Of a stretch of DNA of 64,000 bases, positions 29,176 through 41,691 are shown piece after piece. Origin of the DNA: Octopus vulgaris. Its lineage: Eukaryota. Numbering within the stretch: position 1 is the first letter of the stretch; every line of letters starts with the position of its first letter. The position numbers were made by a program, and so were the translations under genes. The stretch covers positions 26,164,001-26,228,000 of the forward strand of contig OX597842.1 of NCBI GenBank assembly GCA_951406725.2. The letters run 5' to 3'. The notes under the pieces were generated by a model. That model ran no database searches and was not told the origin of the DNA. It was given only the letters and a program-made list of their open reading frames with translations.

Positions 29176-30509
29176 GATACCAGAGGGTGCACACTCTCCT
29201 AGCCTGATGTAATCTCCAGGGATACAGGCATCCAGCAACAGGACCTCTGTAATGCCATGATGGACCGTGAAGCCTGGCGTAGCATGGTAAATTCCATTGT
29301 TTCGACCACGGTCGCGATACCAGAAGGCGCACACTCTCCTAGCCTGATGTAATCTCCAGGGATACAGGCATCCAGCAACAGGACCTCTGTAATGCAATGA
29401 TGGACCGTGAAGCCTGGCGTAGCATGGTAAATTCCATTGTTTCGACCACGGTTGCGATACCAGAGGGTGCACACTCTCCTACCATGATGTAATCTCCAGG
29501 GATACAGGCATCAAGCAACAGGACCTCCGTAATGCCATGATGGACCGTGAAGCCTGGCGTAGCATGGTAAATTCCATTGTCTCGACCATGGTCGTGATAC
29601 CAGAGGGTGCACACTCTCCTAGCCTGATGTTATCTCCAGGGATACAGGCATCCAGCAACAGGACCTCTGTAATGCCATGATGGACCGTGAAGCCTGGCGT
29701 AGCATGGTAAATTCCATTGTCTCGACCACGGTCGTGATACCAGAGGGCGCACACTCTCCTACCCTGATGTAATCTCCAGGGATACAGGCATCCAGCAACA
29801 GGACCTCCGTAATGCCATGATGGGCCGTGAAGTCTGGCGTAGCATGGTAAATTCCATTGTCTTGACCACAGTCGCGATACCAGAAGGCGCACACTCTCCT
29901 AGCCTGATGTAATCTCCAGGGATACAGGCATCCAGCAACAGGACCTCTGTAATGCCATGATGGACCGTGAAGCCTGGCGTAGCATGGTAAATTCCATTGT
30001 TTCGACCACGGTCGCGATACCAGAAGGCGCACACTCTCCTAGCCTGATGTAATCTCCAGGGATACAGGCATCCAGCAACAGGACCTCTGTAATGCCATGA
30101 TGGACCGTGAAGCCTGGCGTAGCATGGTAAATTCCATTGTCTCGACCATGGTCGTGATACCAGAGGGTGCACACTCTCCTAGCCTGATGTAATCTCCAGG
30201 GATACAGGCATCCAGCAACAGGACCTCTGTAATGCCATGATGGGCCGTGAAGTCTGGCGTAGCATGGTAAATTCCATTGTCTTGACCACAGTCGCGATAC
30301 CAGAAGGCGCACACTCTCCTAGCCTGATGTAATCTCCAGGGATACAGGCATCCAGCAACAGGACCTCTGTAATGCCATGATGGACCGTGAAGTCTGGCGT
30401 AGCATGGTAAATTCCATTGTCTCGACCACGGTCGCGATACCAGAGGGTGCACACTCTCCTAGCCTGATGTTATCTCCAGGGATACAGGCATCTAGCAACG
30501 ATGATGATG
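29036..30509 (+). repeat. Tandem array, ~10.4 x 140 bp, of the LINE 3' terminus
   Basis: Exact 140-bp period: CAGAGGG/CAGAAGG at 29041, 29181 ... 30441. Ends in (GAT)n. Confidence 0.95.
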
Positions 30510-31416
30510 AGTCCATCAACCCCGAAAATATGAAAGCAAATCCAACCTTGACAGAATCTGAATTCAGAACATAAAAACAGACGAAATGCTGATAAACATT
30601 TTGCTGGTGGGCTAACGATTCACCCTGTAATTTAGTCAATACTGCCATTATTTCATCGTTACGCAGATTCATTAATTAAAATCATACGCATGATGTAAAG
30701 GTATTTGTCAAGCACATAAGTGGCCTGTTATATTCGTGACTGACAGACAAATATGATTCTTTGATGCAGTGACTAAATTAATTACTGTAATTAATATCGT
30801 AATTTTATACTCTGAGATGTTAACGATCAAATAATTAGTCATCTGATATTTGTAATGCATCAATTATAAGAATGGTGGGAATGGACTTTTGTAGGGTTTT
30901 ATTGTGTGTGTTTGTGTTTGTAGGTTTGTATGTGTGAGCACGGTGCTTGGGCTACGCTTGACTGTTTCCATAATATGACAAGGAGACACATGGCATACAC
31001 ACATATCTGTATGTATGTATGTATGTGTGTATGTATTTGTGTATGCATTTATGTATGTATGTACGTATGTGAGTGTATGTATGTATGTATGTGTGTGTAT
31101 TTATGTATGTGTGTGTGTATGTATGTGTATGTATGTATGTGTGTATGTATGTGTGTGTATGTATGTGTGTATGTGTGTATGTATGTATGTATGCATGTAT
31201 GTAATGTATGTATGTATGTATGTGTTTATGTGTGTATGTGTGTATGTATGTATGTACGTATGTGTGTGTATGTATGTGTGTATGTGTGTATGTATGTACA
31301 TATGTGTGTATATGTATGTATGTGTGTATGTGTGTGTGTATGTATGTATGTATGTATGTATGTACGTATGTGTGAGTATGTATGTATGTATGTATGTATG
31401 TACGTATGTGTGTATG

Positions 31417-31450
<34 letters not shown>

Positions 31451-31742
31451 TGTATGATTGTATGTATGTATGTATGTATGTACGTACGTATGTATGTATG
31501 TATGTATGAATGTATGTATGTATATATGTATGTATGTATGTATGCATGTATGTATATATGTATGTATGTATGTTGCCTATAATTTCTTTAAAACATCCAA
31601 AGATATAACCTCACCAAATACCATTATACTTGTGTGTGTGTGTGTGTATGTGTGTGTGTGTGTATGTGTGTGTATGTGTGTGTATGTGTGTGTGTATGTG
31701 TGTATGTGTGTGTGTGTGTATATGTGCGTGTGTATGTGTGCA

Positions 31743-31773
<31 letters not shown>

Positions 31774-32163
31774 TCACCATTATTCTTTCCACATCCAAAT
31801 TTCTACACTATAATAATCTACACACACTGAAAGCCATTTGTAGCAATTTTCATTTAAAAAAAAAAACAAAAATAAAAACAAACAAACCCTTTTTCCTAAA
31901 AGCTTTAAAGGACATATATCCAACTTGTGTGTGATATCTCCGGAAACTTCTCGAAACTTCTTTTGCTCCCCTCCTTCAAAGACATTTTTTTTGTTTCCAT
32001 AAGAGACGCAGATATAATCGGAATTTAAACCCGTCTAACACATATGTGTGGAAAATGGCTGGAAAAAAAGAAATTCGTTTTTCGGGAAATTATCAGAAAA
32101 TATGAACATAAAACATAACTGTATTTACAATGATCATGTGATTAATAAAGTGCATTGCAGTGT

Positions 32164-32261
<98 letters not shown>

Positions 32262-32348
32262 AAGAGTGAAAAGGAACACACGTGTCGATATATATGAAAA
32301 AACAAGTCAAAAATAGAAAATGCTAAAATAATTTTGTAGTGAACATTT

Positions 32349-32386
32349 CAGTACCGGTTTCGGTCATTTTGAGACCTTTTCAACTG
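32349..32386 (-). ncRNA. Minimal hammerhead motif with U3-A8 core
   Basis: CAG-TTGAAAA-GGTC tcaaaat GACC-GAAA-CCGGT-A-CTG. Inverted partner at 32586-32624 (+). Intact + copy at 45525-45562. Confidence 0.6.
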
Positions 32387-32761
32387 TAACGATTAAATAA
32401 TTAAATTTAGAAAAATTAGAAGAAAAGTTTTTTTAAAGGAATATTTCTATAGTAGTGTTCAGATTTAAGTGGCATTCTGCCTTTCTCTGACTCCCTTGTT
32501 TGCACTTTATCTGAACACTACTATAGAAATATTCCTTTAAAAAACTTTTCTTCTAATTTTTCTAAATTTAATTATTTAATCGTTACAGTTGAAAAGGTCT
32601 CAAAATGACTGAAAACCGGTACTGAAAGATTCACTATAAAATTATCTTAGCATTTTCTATTTTTGATTTGTTTTTTTCATATATATATATATATACACAC
32701 ATAGATATATATATGTTTATATATATAGATAGATACATATCTATCTATCAGGCTCTCTATG

Positions 32762-32792
<31 letters not shown>

Positions 32793-32832
32793 CTATTTAT
32801 CTATCTATTTATCTATCTATCTATCTGTCTGC

Positions 32833-32887
<55 letters not shown>

Positions 32888-33138
32888 TAAATGAAATAAA
32901 ACATATGCATATATATAAACATATATGTACGTACCTACCTCTACATGTACATATACACGCATATATGAGTACAGGACACCAAAGGGACGTCGAACACAAA
33001 GAGAAATGAAAACATAGACACAAACCAAAGGAACTGGACATTTTTTTAAAAACAATAAAAAATGGAGTACAGGACAATTAACACAACGAAAAACCCCTTC
33101 TTCAGTCGCTAAGGTTTCATCTACTCTACGTTTCGAAT

Positions 33139-33175
<37 letters not shown>

Positions 33176-33259
33176 TATAAGTAGTTGAATGAATTATCCT
33201 AGTATTGATAATTTAACTGATACCCGAAAAGTTTTTGTTCATCATGATGCTGACATAAG

Positions 33260-33358
33260 TTCCTTGTTTTTCCTGATGAGAAGGCGGCATAATGCACCCC
33301 TTATTCCTTCGAAATTAGGAAAATGCAGTCTTCGAAACATATGTCGAGAATAAAGGAA
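33260..33358 (+). ncRNA. Type I hammerhead ribozyme motif
   Basis: TTCCTTGTTTTTC-CTGATGA-GAAGGC..GTCTTC-GAAA-CATATGT-C-GAGAATAAAGGAA. Canonical core, GUC site, palindromic helix III ACATATGT. Related copies at 38545-38641, 46209-46308, 49224-49322 (+) and 38382-38457, 49061-49136 (-). Confidence 0.8.
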
Positions 33359-33398
33359 TTTTGTTAATTCGTCGTTCAACTCCATTCTTTCATTTATT

Positions 33399-33442
<44 letters not shown>

Positions 33443-33584
33443 CTATTGTTTTGCAATTGACTTAATCATTGACATTTTATTGTTATTTTAATTTTTATAT
33501 TTCTATTATATGTAATTTTCTAGATGGTGTAATTTAATTGTTCATTTTGAATTGATAAAAGATGGTTTCTTTCTAATTTTATAT

Positions 33585-33615
<31 letters not shown>

Positions 33616-33919
33616 GGTAAACAGTAAAAATAATTACAGACATGGACAAGAACATGAAACACCACAGAGACGACACAAGAACCACAGGACGGGACATTCG
33701 AAGCCCTCAGTCATCAGTCAAGAACCAGATCATCTTAGCAATTTCGGCTGATTAATCTTGAGATTGCTCCGATATGGGCAGCCCACCACGGGAAATCTAA
33801 GCCAAGTGCATTAGATCCCCTGGAAGAAAGCTTCGAATGTATACAACACAAGGACGGAAAACGAACGAAGTACACGAACAAAAATACAGAATACGTGACA
33901 ACAATAAGAATACAAAAAC

Positions 33920-33957
<38 letters not shown>

Positions 33958-34100
33958 GAGTGTATTTTACCTCGTTAACAATTAACACGGAAAAATAAAT
34001 AAATAGTTACCAGGGAATAAATGAATAGTATCAGTGGAATTTTCGAAACATATGTAGAAAGTAAAAATACTTGTTTAAACCTGCGTTAACTCCATTTTTA

Positions 34101-34139
<39 letters not shown>

Positions 34140-35103
34140 ACATACATACATACATATGTACATACATACATACATATACATACATACATACACAGACACA
34201 CATACATACATATATACATACACACACATTCATACATACATACACACACACATACATACATACATACATACACACAAATACATATATACATACATACATA
34301 CCTACATGCATACATGCATACATACATACATACATACACACATACATACATACATACATACATACACACATACACACATACATACATACATACATACATA
34401 CATACATACAAACATACATACATACATACATACACACATACATACATACACACATCCATACATACACACATACATACATACACACATACATACATACATA
34501 CATACACACATACATACAAACATACATACATACATACATACACACATACATACATACATACACACATCCATACATACATACATACAAACATACATACATA
34601 CATACATACATACATACAAACATACATACATACATACATACACACATGCATACATACACACATCCATACATACACACATACATACATACACACATGTGAC
34701 CAACAGTGTCTGCTTAAATCTTTCGTATCGAATTCACACACTCCATCCCCAATAGGCATGTTTTTCAAAATTGACATAATTATATTATCTGATATGTTTT
34801 GTCAGTAATTTACAGGGCAACGCAACGTGATTGAACTTGACTTGTTGGTTTCTGCGTATAAGAAATGGTTTGTAGTGAAATATGTGTCTCATCAGCAACT
34901 TAGGCAGTATTGTAAATTAATTTAGAATAAACATGATTGTGTGTTGGTGTATACTCGGGTATATCTGTCAGTCGATCTCTCTATTGACTTGTTTGCCTAT
35001 CCATTTATCTGTCTATCTGTCTTTCTATCTATCTATCTATCTATCTATCTATTTATCTATCTGTCTGTCTGTCTATCTCTCTATCTATCTATCTGTCTAT
35101 CTG

Positions 35104-35166
<63 letters not shown>

Positions 35167-35190
35167 GTCTGTCTGTCTATCCATCCATCC

Positions 35191-35293
<103 letters not shown>

Positions 35294-35314
35294 CATCCAT
35301 CCATCCATCCATCC

Positions 35315-35366
<52 letters not shown>

Positions 35367-35370
35367 GTCT

Positions 35371-35889
35371 ATGAAAAGGAAAGTGAGTGTAGAGAGGCAA
35401 GTTTTGTCTAGCGAACGTTTTAAAAAAAGATGGGTGAATGTAGCAAGGATGGCACGTATGAACGACAAATCCACCTTGAGCATAATCCCATGAACCCAGA
35501 AATTGAAAACAGAGGGTTACCCACTTGCAAACAAATGTCGAGGTTACCGTGGTTACCGTGGTCTTTTTCGTAGGCTTTTCTTCCCACGGATAAACCTTAC
35601 CTGCTTTCCCCTTTACACCATGCATCATGACACTGTGATATACGATCCCTATTGATCGTTTTTTTTCCCTCTTCCCCTTTTTTTTTCCCTCTTTTTCTTC
35701 TTTTTTCATTTTTTTTTCTTTTGTTCCTTTTCCTTTTTTTTTCCCTTTTATGATCCCTTTTGATCAAAAACCTACGCCACCTTTTTGTTTTGTTTCTTTT
35801 GTTTTTTGTTTCTTTCATCCCCCAAAAGAAAAGCTCTACCTTGTAATTTGTCCCATCTGTGTGCAGCCCTGTGTGGCCAATAAAGAAAC
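35371..35889 (+). mobile_element. Probable Tx1/L1-group LINE 3' end in a (TCTA)n tract
   Basis: Short ORF end ...ERFKKRWVNV..., T-rich 3' UTR, and AATAAA just before (TCTA)n resumes. Family assignment is tentative. Confidence 0.45.
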
Positions 35890-35904
35890 TTATCTATCTA
35901 TCTC

Positions 35905-35978
<74 letters not shown>

Positions 35979-35981
35979 AAT

Positions 35982-36035
<54 letters not shown>

Positions 36036-36061
36036 CATCTATCTATCAATTTATCTATCTG

Positions 36062-36110
<49 letters not shown>

Positions 36111-36500
36111 GTCTGTCTGTCTGTCTACCTATCTGTCTATCTATTAATTTGTGTGCTTATCTATCTATCTACCTATCTATCTACATGTCTATCCATCTAT
36201 CTGTCTCCTAGCCTTTGTTAGGGCATTCTTCTAGGCGAAGGTAACTCAGGTAACTGAGATAACTCCGACATAAAACCTGCAGCTCAGTGGTGACCGATGA
36301 TGTTGACTTGTTCTTCTTTTCGGATTATGGCTGCTGTTGCTTAGTGAGTGGGATTGACTCAGTGCACAGCCTTTCCTCACTTTAAAAAAAATCTTCTTGC
36401 ACAGGAATTGCACGATAACAACATTGATTAAGCTTCGTGCAATGGCCATACTCGATAACGAGGGGGCAGCCACCATGTATGTATGTATATGTATGTATGT

Positions 36501-36543
<43 letters not shown>

Positions 36544-36791
36544 TATGAAAGAAAGGAGTTGAACGACGAATTAACAAACTTCCTTTATTTTCGACATATG
36601 TTTCGAAGGCTGCATATTCCTAATTGTGAAGGAATTCAACTCCATTCTTTCATATATTTATATTTTTTAAAAAAACATACAAATTTCCACACGAAAGCAC
36701 GTAACTTCAAACGTGTCTTCTCTGATGTGAATTTGCTACCCAGGTATCGGCTAACCGAATTATCCATAACAAGATAATTCATTCAACTACT

Positions 36792-36832
<41 letters not shown>

Positions 36833-36836
<4 letters not shown>

Positions 36837-37419
36837 GGCTAGCAGCAGGCTGTTTCACCTCATACCGAAGGAATTAGAAATGGCAGTCAAAGACTGTTTT
36901 TTCCATTTTCTGTAAGTGGAGATTCCAAAAACGAAGGCCTGTGCGGCTCACATACACAAAACCGGAGTAGCAAATAGACGCAAACAGTCACCGTTAATAA
37001 CGAACATGTTTCTGGATCACAAACATAGAAAAGTAGTTTGATTTCCGTCATCGGCGCTATATTCGATAGCTTTACCAAATGCCACAGGCCCTCACTTCTG
37101 ACCCAGCGACATCAGATAGTGGGGGGAAGTGTGCAGCTGATGTCGCTGGGTCAGAAGTGAGGGCCTGTGGCATTTGGTAAAGCTATCGAATATAGCGCCG
37201 ATGGACGGAAATCAAACTACTTTTCTATGTTTGTGATCCAGAAACATGTTCGTTATTAACGGTGACTGTTTGCGTCTATTTGCTACTCCGGTTTTGTATG
37301 TGTGAGCCGCACGGGCCTTTGTTTTTGGAATCTCCACTTACAGAAAATGGAAAAACAGTCTTTGACTGCCATTTCTAATTCCTTCGGTATGAGGTGAAAC
37401 AGCCTGCTGCTAGCCCTCT
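36833..37419. repeat. Near-perfect inverted repeat, 283-bp arms and 21-nt spacer
   Basis: 36833-37115 is the reverse complement of 37137-37419, with about four differences by eye. Confidence 0.92.
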
Positions 37420-39570
37420 TATTCACTTTACTATATACTGAACCTTACAAAGTTCCTGACGATAAATTTGTCGTATTTACATACCGAAATTTACCGGTAA
37501 ATAATTGTTGGTTACATGAAAAACCACAGAAAAATTATTTACCATTTTTATTGCATTTATATATATATATATTTACTAAGAAGATATGTTAGGCTCATGA
37601 AGAGATGATTTCAACCAAGGAAACACTGGTTCAATACCTGGTATTTTGGTGGAATGAATTTCTTTAAAACAATAGGGAAATAGTAAGTATATAGTTTATA
37701 TCTATTTAAAAGAAGAAAAGAAAACGGTGATAAGGAAGTAAATAGTTATTGATTGTTAATGACAAATTGATCATATGCAGCTTCTTACAACCGTTTCAAT
37801 TAATGTTCAATAAATCAATTACAAATTTGTACATTAAATTTACATTTATATGACATGAATATAATTTCATAAGAGGAAGAAAGATGTACTTTTGAATGTT
37901 ACGTGTAAGTTTATGAATTCATTTTAGTAGAGTCTGCTAAAATTGATAATACCATATATAACGTCCAAAAGTACATCTTTCTTCCTCTTATGAAATTATA
38001 TTCATGTCATATAAATGTAAATTTAATGTGCAAATTTGTAATTGATTTACTGGGCGTTAATTGAAACGGTTGTAAGAAGCGAATATGATCAATTTGTTTT
38101 CAATGATAAACAATTACTGGCTTCCTAATCTCCATTTTCTTTTCTTTTTTTAAATAGATATATATATACATATATATATATACATATATATATAAGTAGT
38201 TGAATGAATTATCTTATTATGGATAATTCGGTTAACCGATACCTGGGTAGCAAATTCACGTCAGAAAAACACGGTTGAAGCTACATGCCAAGGGCAGAGA
38301 TCACGTGCTTTCGTGTGGAAATTTGTATGTTTTTAAATACAAATAAATGAAAGAATGGAGTTGAACGACGATTTAACAAAATTCCTTTATTTTCGACATA
38401 TGTTTTGAAGGAATAAGGGGTGCATTATGCCGCCTTCTCATCAGGAAAAACAAGGAACTTATGTCAGCATCAAGATGAACAAAATCTTTTAGATGACTGC
38501 CCATACGGAGCCCATAGCGATAATCATCTTGATGCTGACATAAGTTCCTTGTTTTTCCTGATGAAAGCGGCATAATGCACCCCTTATTCCTTCGAAATTA
38601 GGAATATGCAGCCTTCGAAACATATGTCGAGAATAAAGGAATTTTGTTAAATCGTCGTTCGACTCCATTCTTTCATTTACATATATATATATATATATAT
38701 GTACATTATTTAAAAGCAGCAGAAATATAACAAAAGCTGTTACTCGGAGTTTCCCGTTCCTGTTCGTCGGACAGTTTTGTTAAAATGGAACTGAAATAAC
38801 GATATAACCAAAACTAGTTAAAGGATACACCTTTAAAAATGTCCAACAAACAGGAACAAGAAACTCTGAGTAACAGCTTTTGTTATATTTCTGCTGCTTT
38901 TAAATAAACAATATTACTCCACCTCTGGTATTTGAGTACTCTACCTCTGGTATTTGAATACTCTTTTTTGAGTACTCTACCTCTGGTATTTGAGTACCAG
39001 AGTACTTACTCTGGTATATATAGCAAAGTAAAGTTGATTTACTGAGCATTAATTGAAACGGTTGTAAGAAGCGAATATGATCCATTTGCTGTCAATGATA
39101 AACAATTATTAGCTTCCTAATCTCCATTTTCTTTTCTTTTTTTTTAAATGGATATATATATGCATTTGTCCTTCATTCAATTATTACTGTTCTTATTCTG
39201 ATTCGTGTCCATTGTCTGGAAATCTTTTGTTACTCCTCTGTGACCTCTTCAGTGACACACTCTTCATGTGTGCTCTTGCTCTACTGATTCCTCTCTGTTC
39301 TCCTCTGTTGTGTATCCTTTGATGAGCATGCGTCTCTGTATGTGTACGTGTGTGTGTGTATGTGTGTGTGTCTGTGTTTGTGTGTGTGTGCATGCTATCA
39401 TCATCAATATTGTCATCAACATCATCTTCATCATCATTGTCATCATCGTCGTCGTCATCATCATCATCGTCATCGTCGTTGTCCTCCTCATCATCATCAC
39501 CATCGTCATCAGCATTCTCATCTTCATCAGCTTCGTCATCATCGTCATCAGCATCATCATCATCGTCATC

Positions 39571-39629
<59 letters not shown>

Positions 39630-39700
39630 CATCATCATCCTCATCATCATCATCATCGTCATCATCATCATCATCATCGTCATCATCATCATCATCATCG

Positions 39701-39742
<42 letters not shown>

Positions 39743-39748
39743 CCATCA

Positions 39749-39792
<44 letters not shown>

Positions 39793-40033
39793 TGTCATCA
39801 TCATCATCATCGTCGTCGTCGTCATCATCATCATCATCATCATTTCACAATTATCATCATTGTCCTCCTCATCATCATCATCATCATCATCGCTATCATC
39901 ATCATCATCGTCATCATCATCATCATCATCATCGTCGTCGTCATCATTTAGCCTCCGTTTCCCATGCTGAATATGTACTTTTAAATATTTTTTCAAGTAT
40001 GCATGTGTATCCGTGTAATTTTTCATGTGCATG

Positions 40034-40133
40034 NNNNNNNNNNNNNNNNNNNNNNNNNNNNNNNNNNNNNNNNNNNNNNNNNNNNNNNNNNNNNNNNNNN
40101 NNNNNNNNNNNNNNNNNNNNNNNNNNNNNNNNN
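40034..40133. other. Assembly gap (100 N)
   Basis: Run of n characters. Confidence 1.
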
Positions 40134-41643
40134 TACCTCAATGAGGCCAAGACTGAATATATAAACAAGTGCCTGTCCAATAGTGATTGCATCATCCATA
40201 CTCTCAACAATGCGCCCTTAAATATGGTTTCTGATTACAAATATCTTGGGTCATACATATCATCATCTGGAAAAGATTTTCTAACTAGAAAGGGTATGGC
40301 CTGGTCAGCCTGTAATGACATGCATAAGATCTGGTCATCAAATCTAAGTAGAGACTTCAAACTTGAAATCTTCAAAGCCACAGTCGAACCAATTCTACTA
40401 TATGGCTCAGAAACCTGGACGTTATCAAAGAAGCTTGAGAGGCGGTTGGATGGAACCTACACTCGCCTCCTTACGAGAGCTCAAAATCTCTCGTGGAAGC
40501 GTCATCCAACCAAAGTACAAATATATGGGAAATTACCACCTGTGTCATCTCTTGTGAAAGGTAGAAGAATCCAGTTTGCTGGACATTGTTGTAGAGCTGA
40601 AAAAGAAGTAATTTCTACTCTTCTCCTCTGGAAGCCATCTACTCGCAATACCAGAGGGCGCACGCTCCCCTACCCTGATGTAATCTCCAGGGATACAGGC
40701 ATCCAGCAACAGGACCTCTAATGCTATGAAGGACCCTGAAGTCTGGCGTAGCATGGTAGATTCTATTGTCTCGACCACGGTCGCGATACCAGGGGGTACA
40801 CACTCTCCTACCCTGATGTAATCTCCAGGGATACAGGCATCCAGCAACAGGACCTCCGTAATGCTATGATGGATCGTGAAGTCTGGCGTAACATGGTGAA
40901 TTCCATTGTCTCGACCACGGTCACGATACCAGAGGGCGCACACTCTCCTACCCTGATGTAATCTCCAGGGATACAGGCATCCAGCAACAGGACCTCCGTA
41001 ATGCCATGATGGACCGTGAAGTCTGGCGTAGCATGGTAAACTCCATTGTCTCGACCACGGTCGCGATACCAGAGGGCGCACACTCTCCTACCCTGATGTA
41101 ATCTCCAGGGATACAGGCATCCAGCAACAGGACCTCCGTAATGCCATGATGGACCGTGAAGTCTGGCGTAGCATGGTAAACTCCATTGTCTCGACCACGG
41201 TCGCGATACCAGAGGGCGCACACTCTCCTACCCTGATGTAATCTCCAGGGATACAGGCATCCAGCAACAGGACCTCCGTAATGCTATGATGGACCGTGAA
41301 GTCTGGCGTAGCATGGTAAATTCCATTGTCTCGACCACGGTCCCGATACCAGAGGGTGCACACTCTCCTACCCTGATGTAATCTCCAGGGATACAGGCAT
41401 CCAGCAACAGGACCTCCGTAATGCCATGATGGACCGTGAAGTCTGGCGTAGCTTGGTAGATTCCATTGTCTCGACCACGGTCGCGATACCAGAGGGCGCA
41501 CACTCTCCTACCCTGATGTAATCTCCAGGGATACAGGCATCCAGCAACAGGACCTCCGTAATGCTATGATGGACCATGAAGTCTGGCATAGCATGGTAAA
41601 TTCCATTGTCTTGACCAGGGTTGAACAATGGTGATGATGATGA

Positions 41644-41646
<3 letters not shown>
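40134..41646 (+). mobile_element. RTE-group LINE 3' part followed by 7 x 140-bp terminal repeats and a native-like (GAT)n tail
   Basis: Open RT C-terminal frame 40134-40721. Units at ~40646-41625. Ends GGTTGAACAATGGTGATGATG. Confidence 0.88.
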
Positions 41647-41688
<42 letters not shown>

Positions 41689-41691
41689 TAT

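Noticed and set aside
29041-29180. Hammerhead within the 140-bp unit (CTGATG)
   Set aside because: It reads CTGATGT, with no downstream GAAA and no helices.
39342-40721. 459-aa His/Ser-rich protein fused to RT
   Set aside because: The ORF spans the N gap and joins unrelated microsatellite and LINE sequence.
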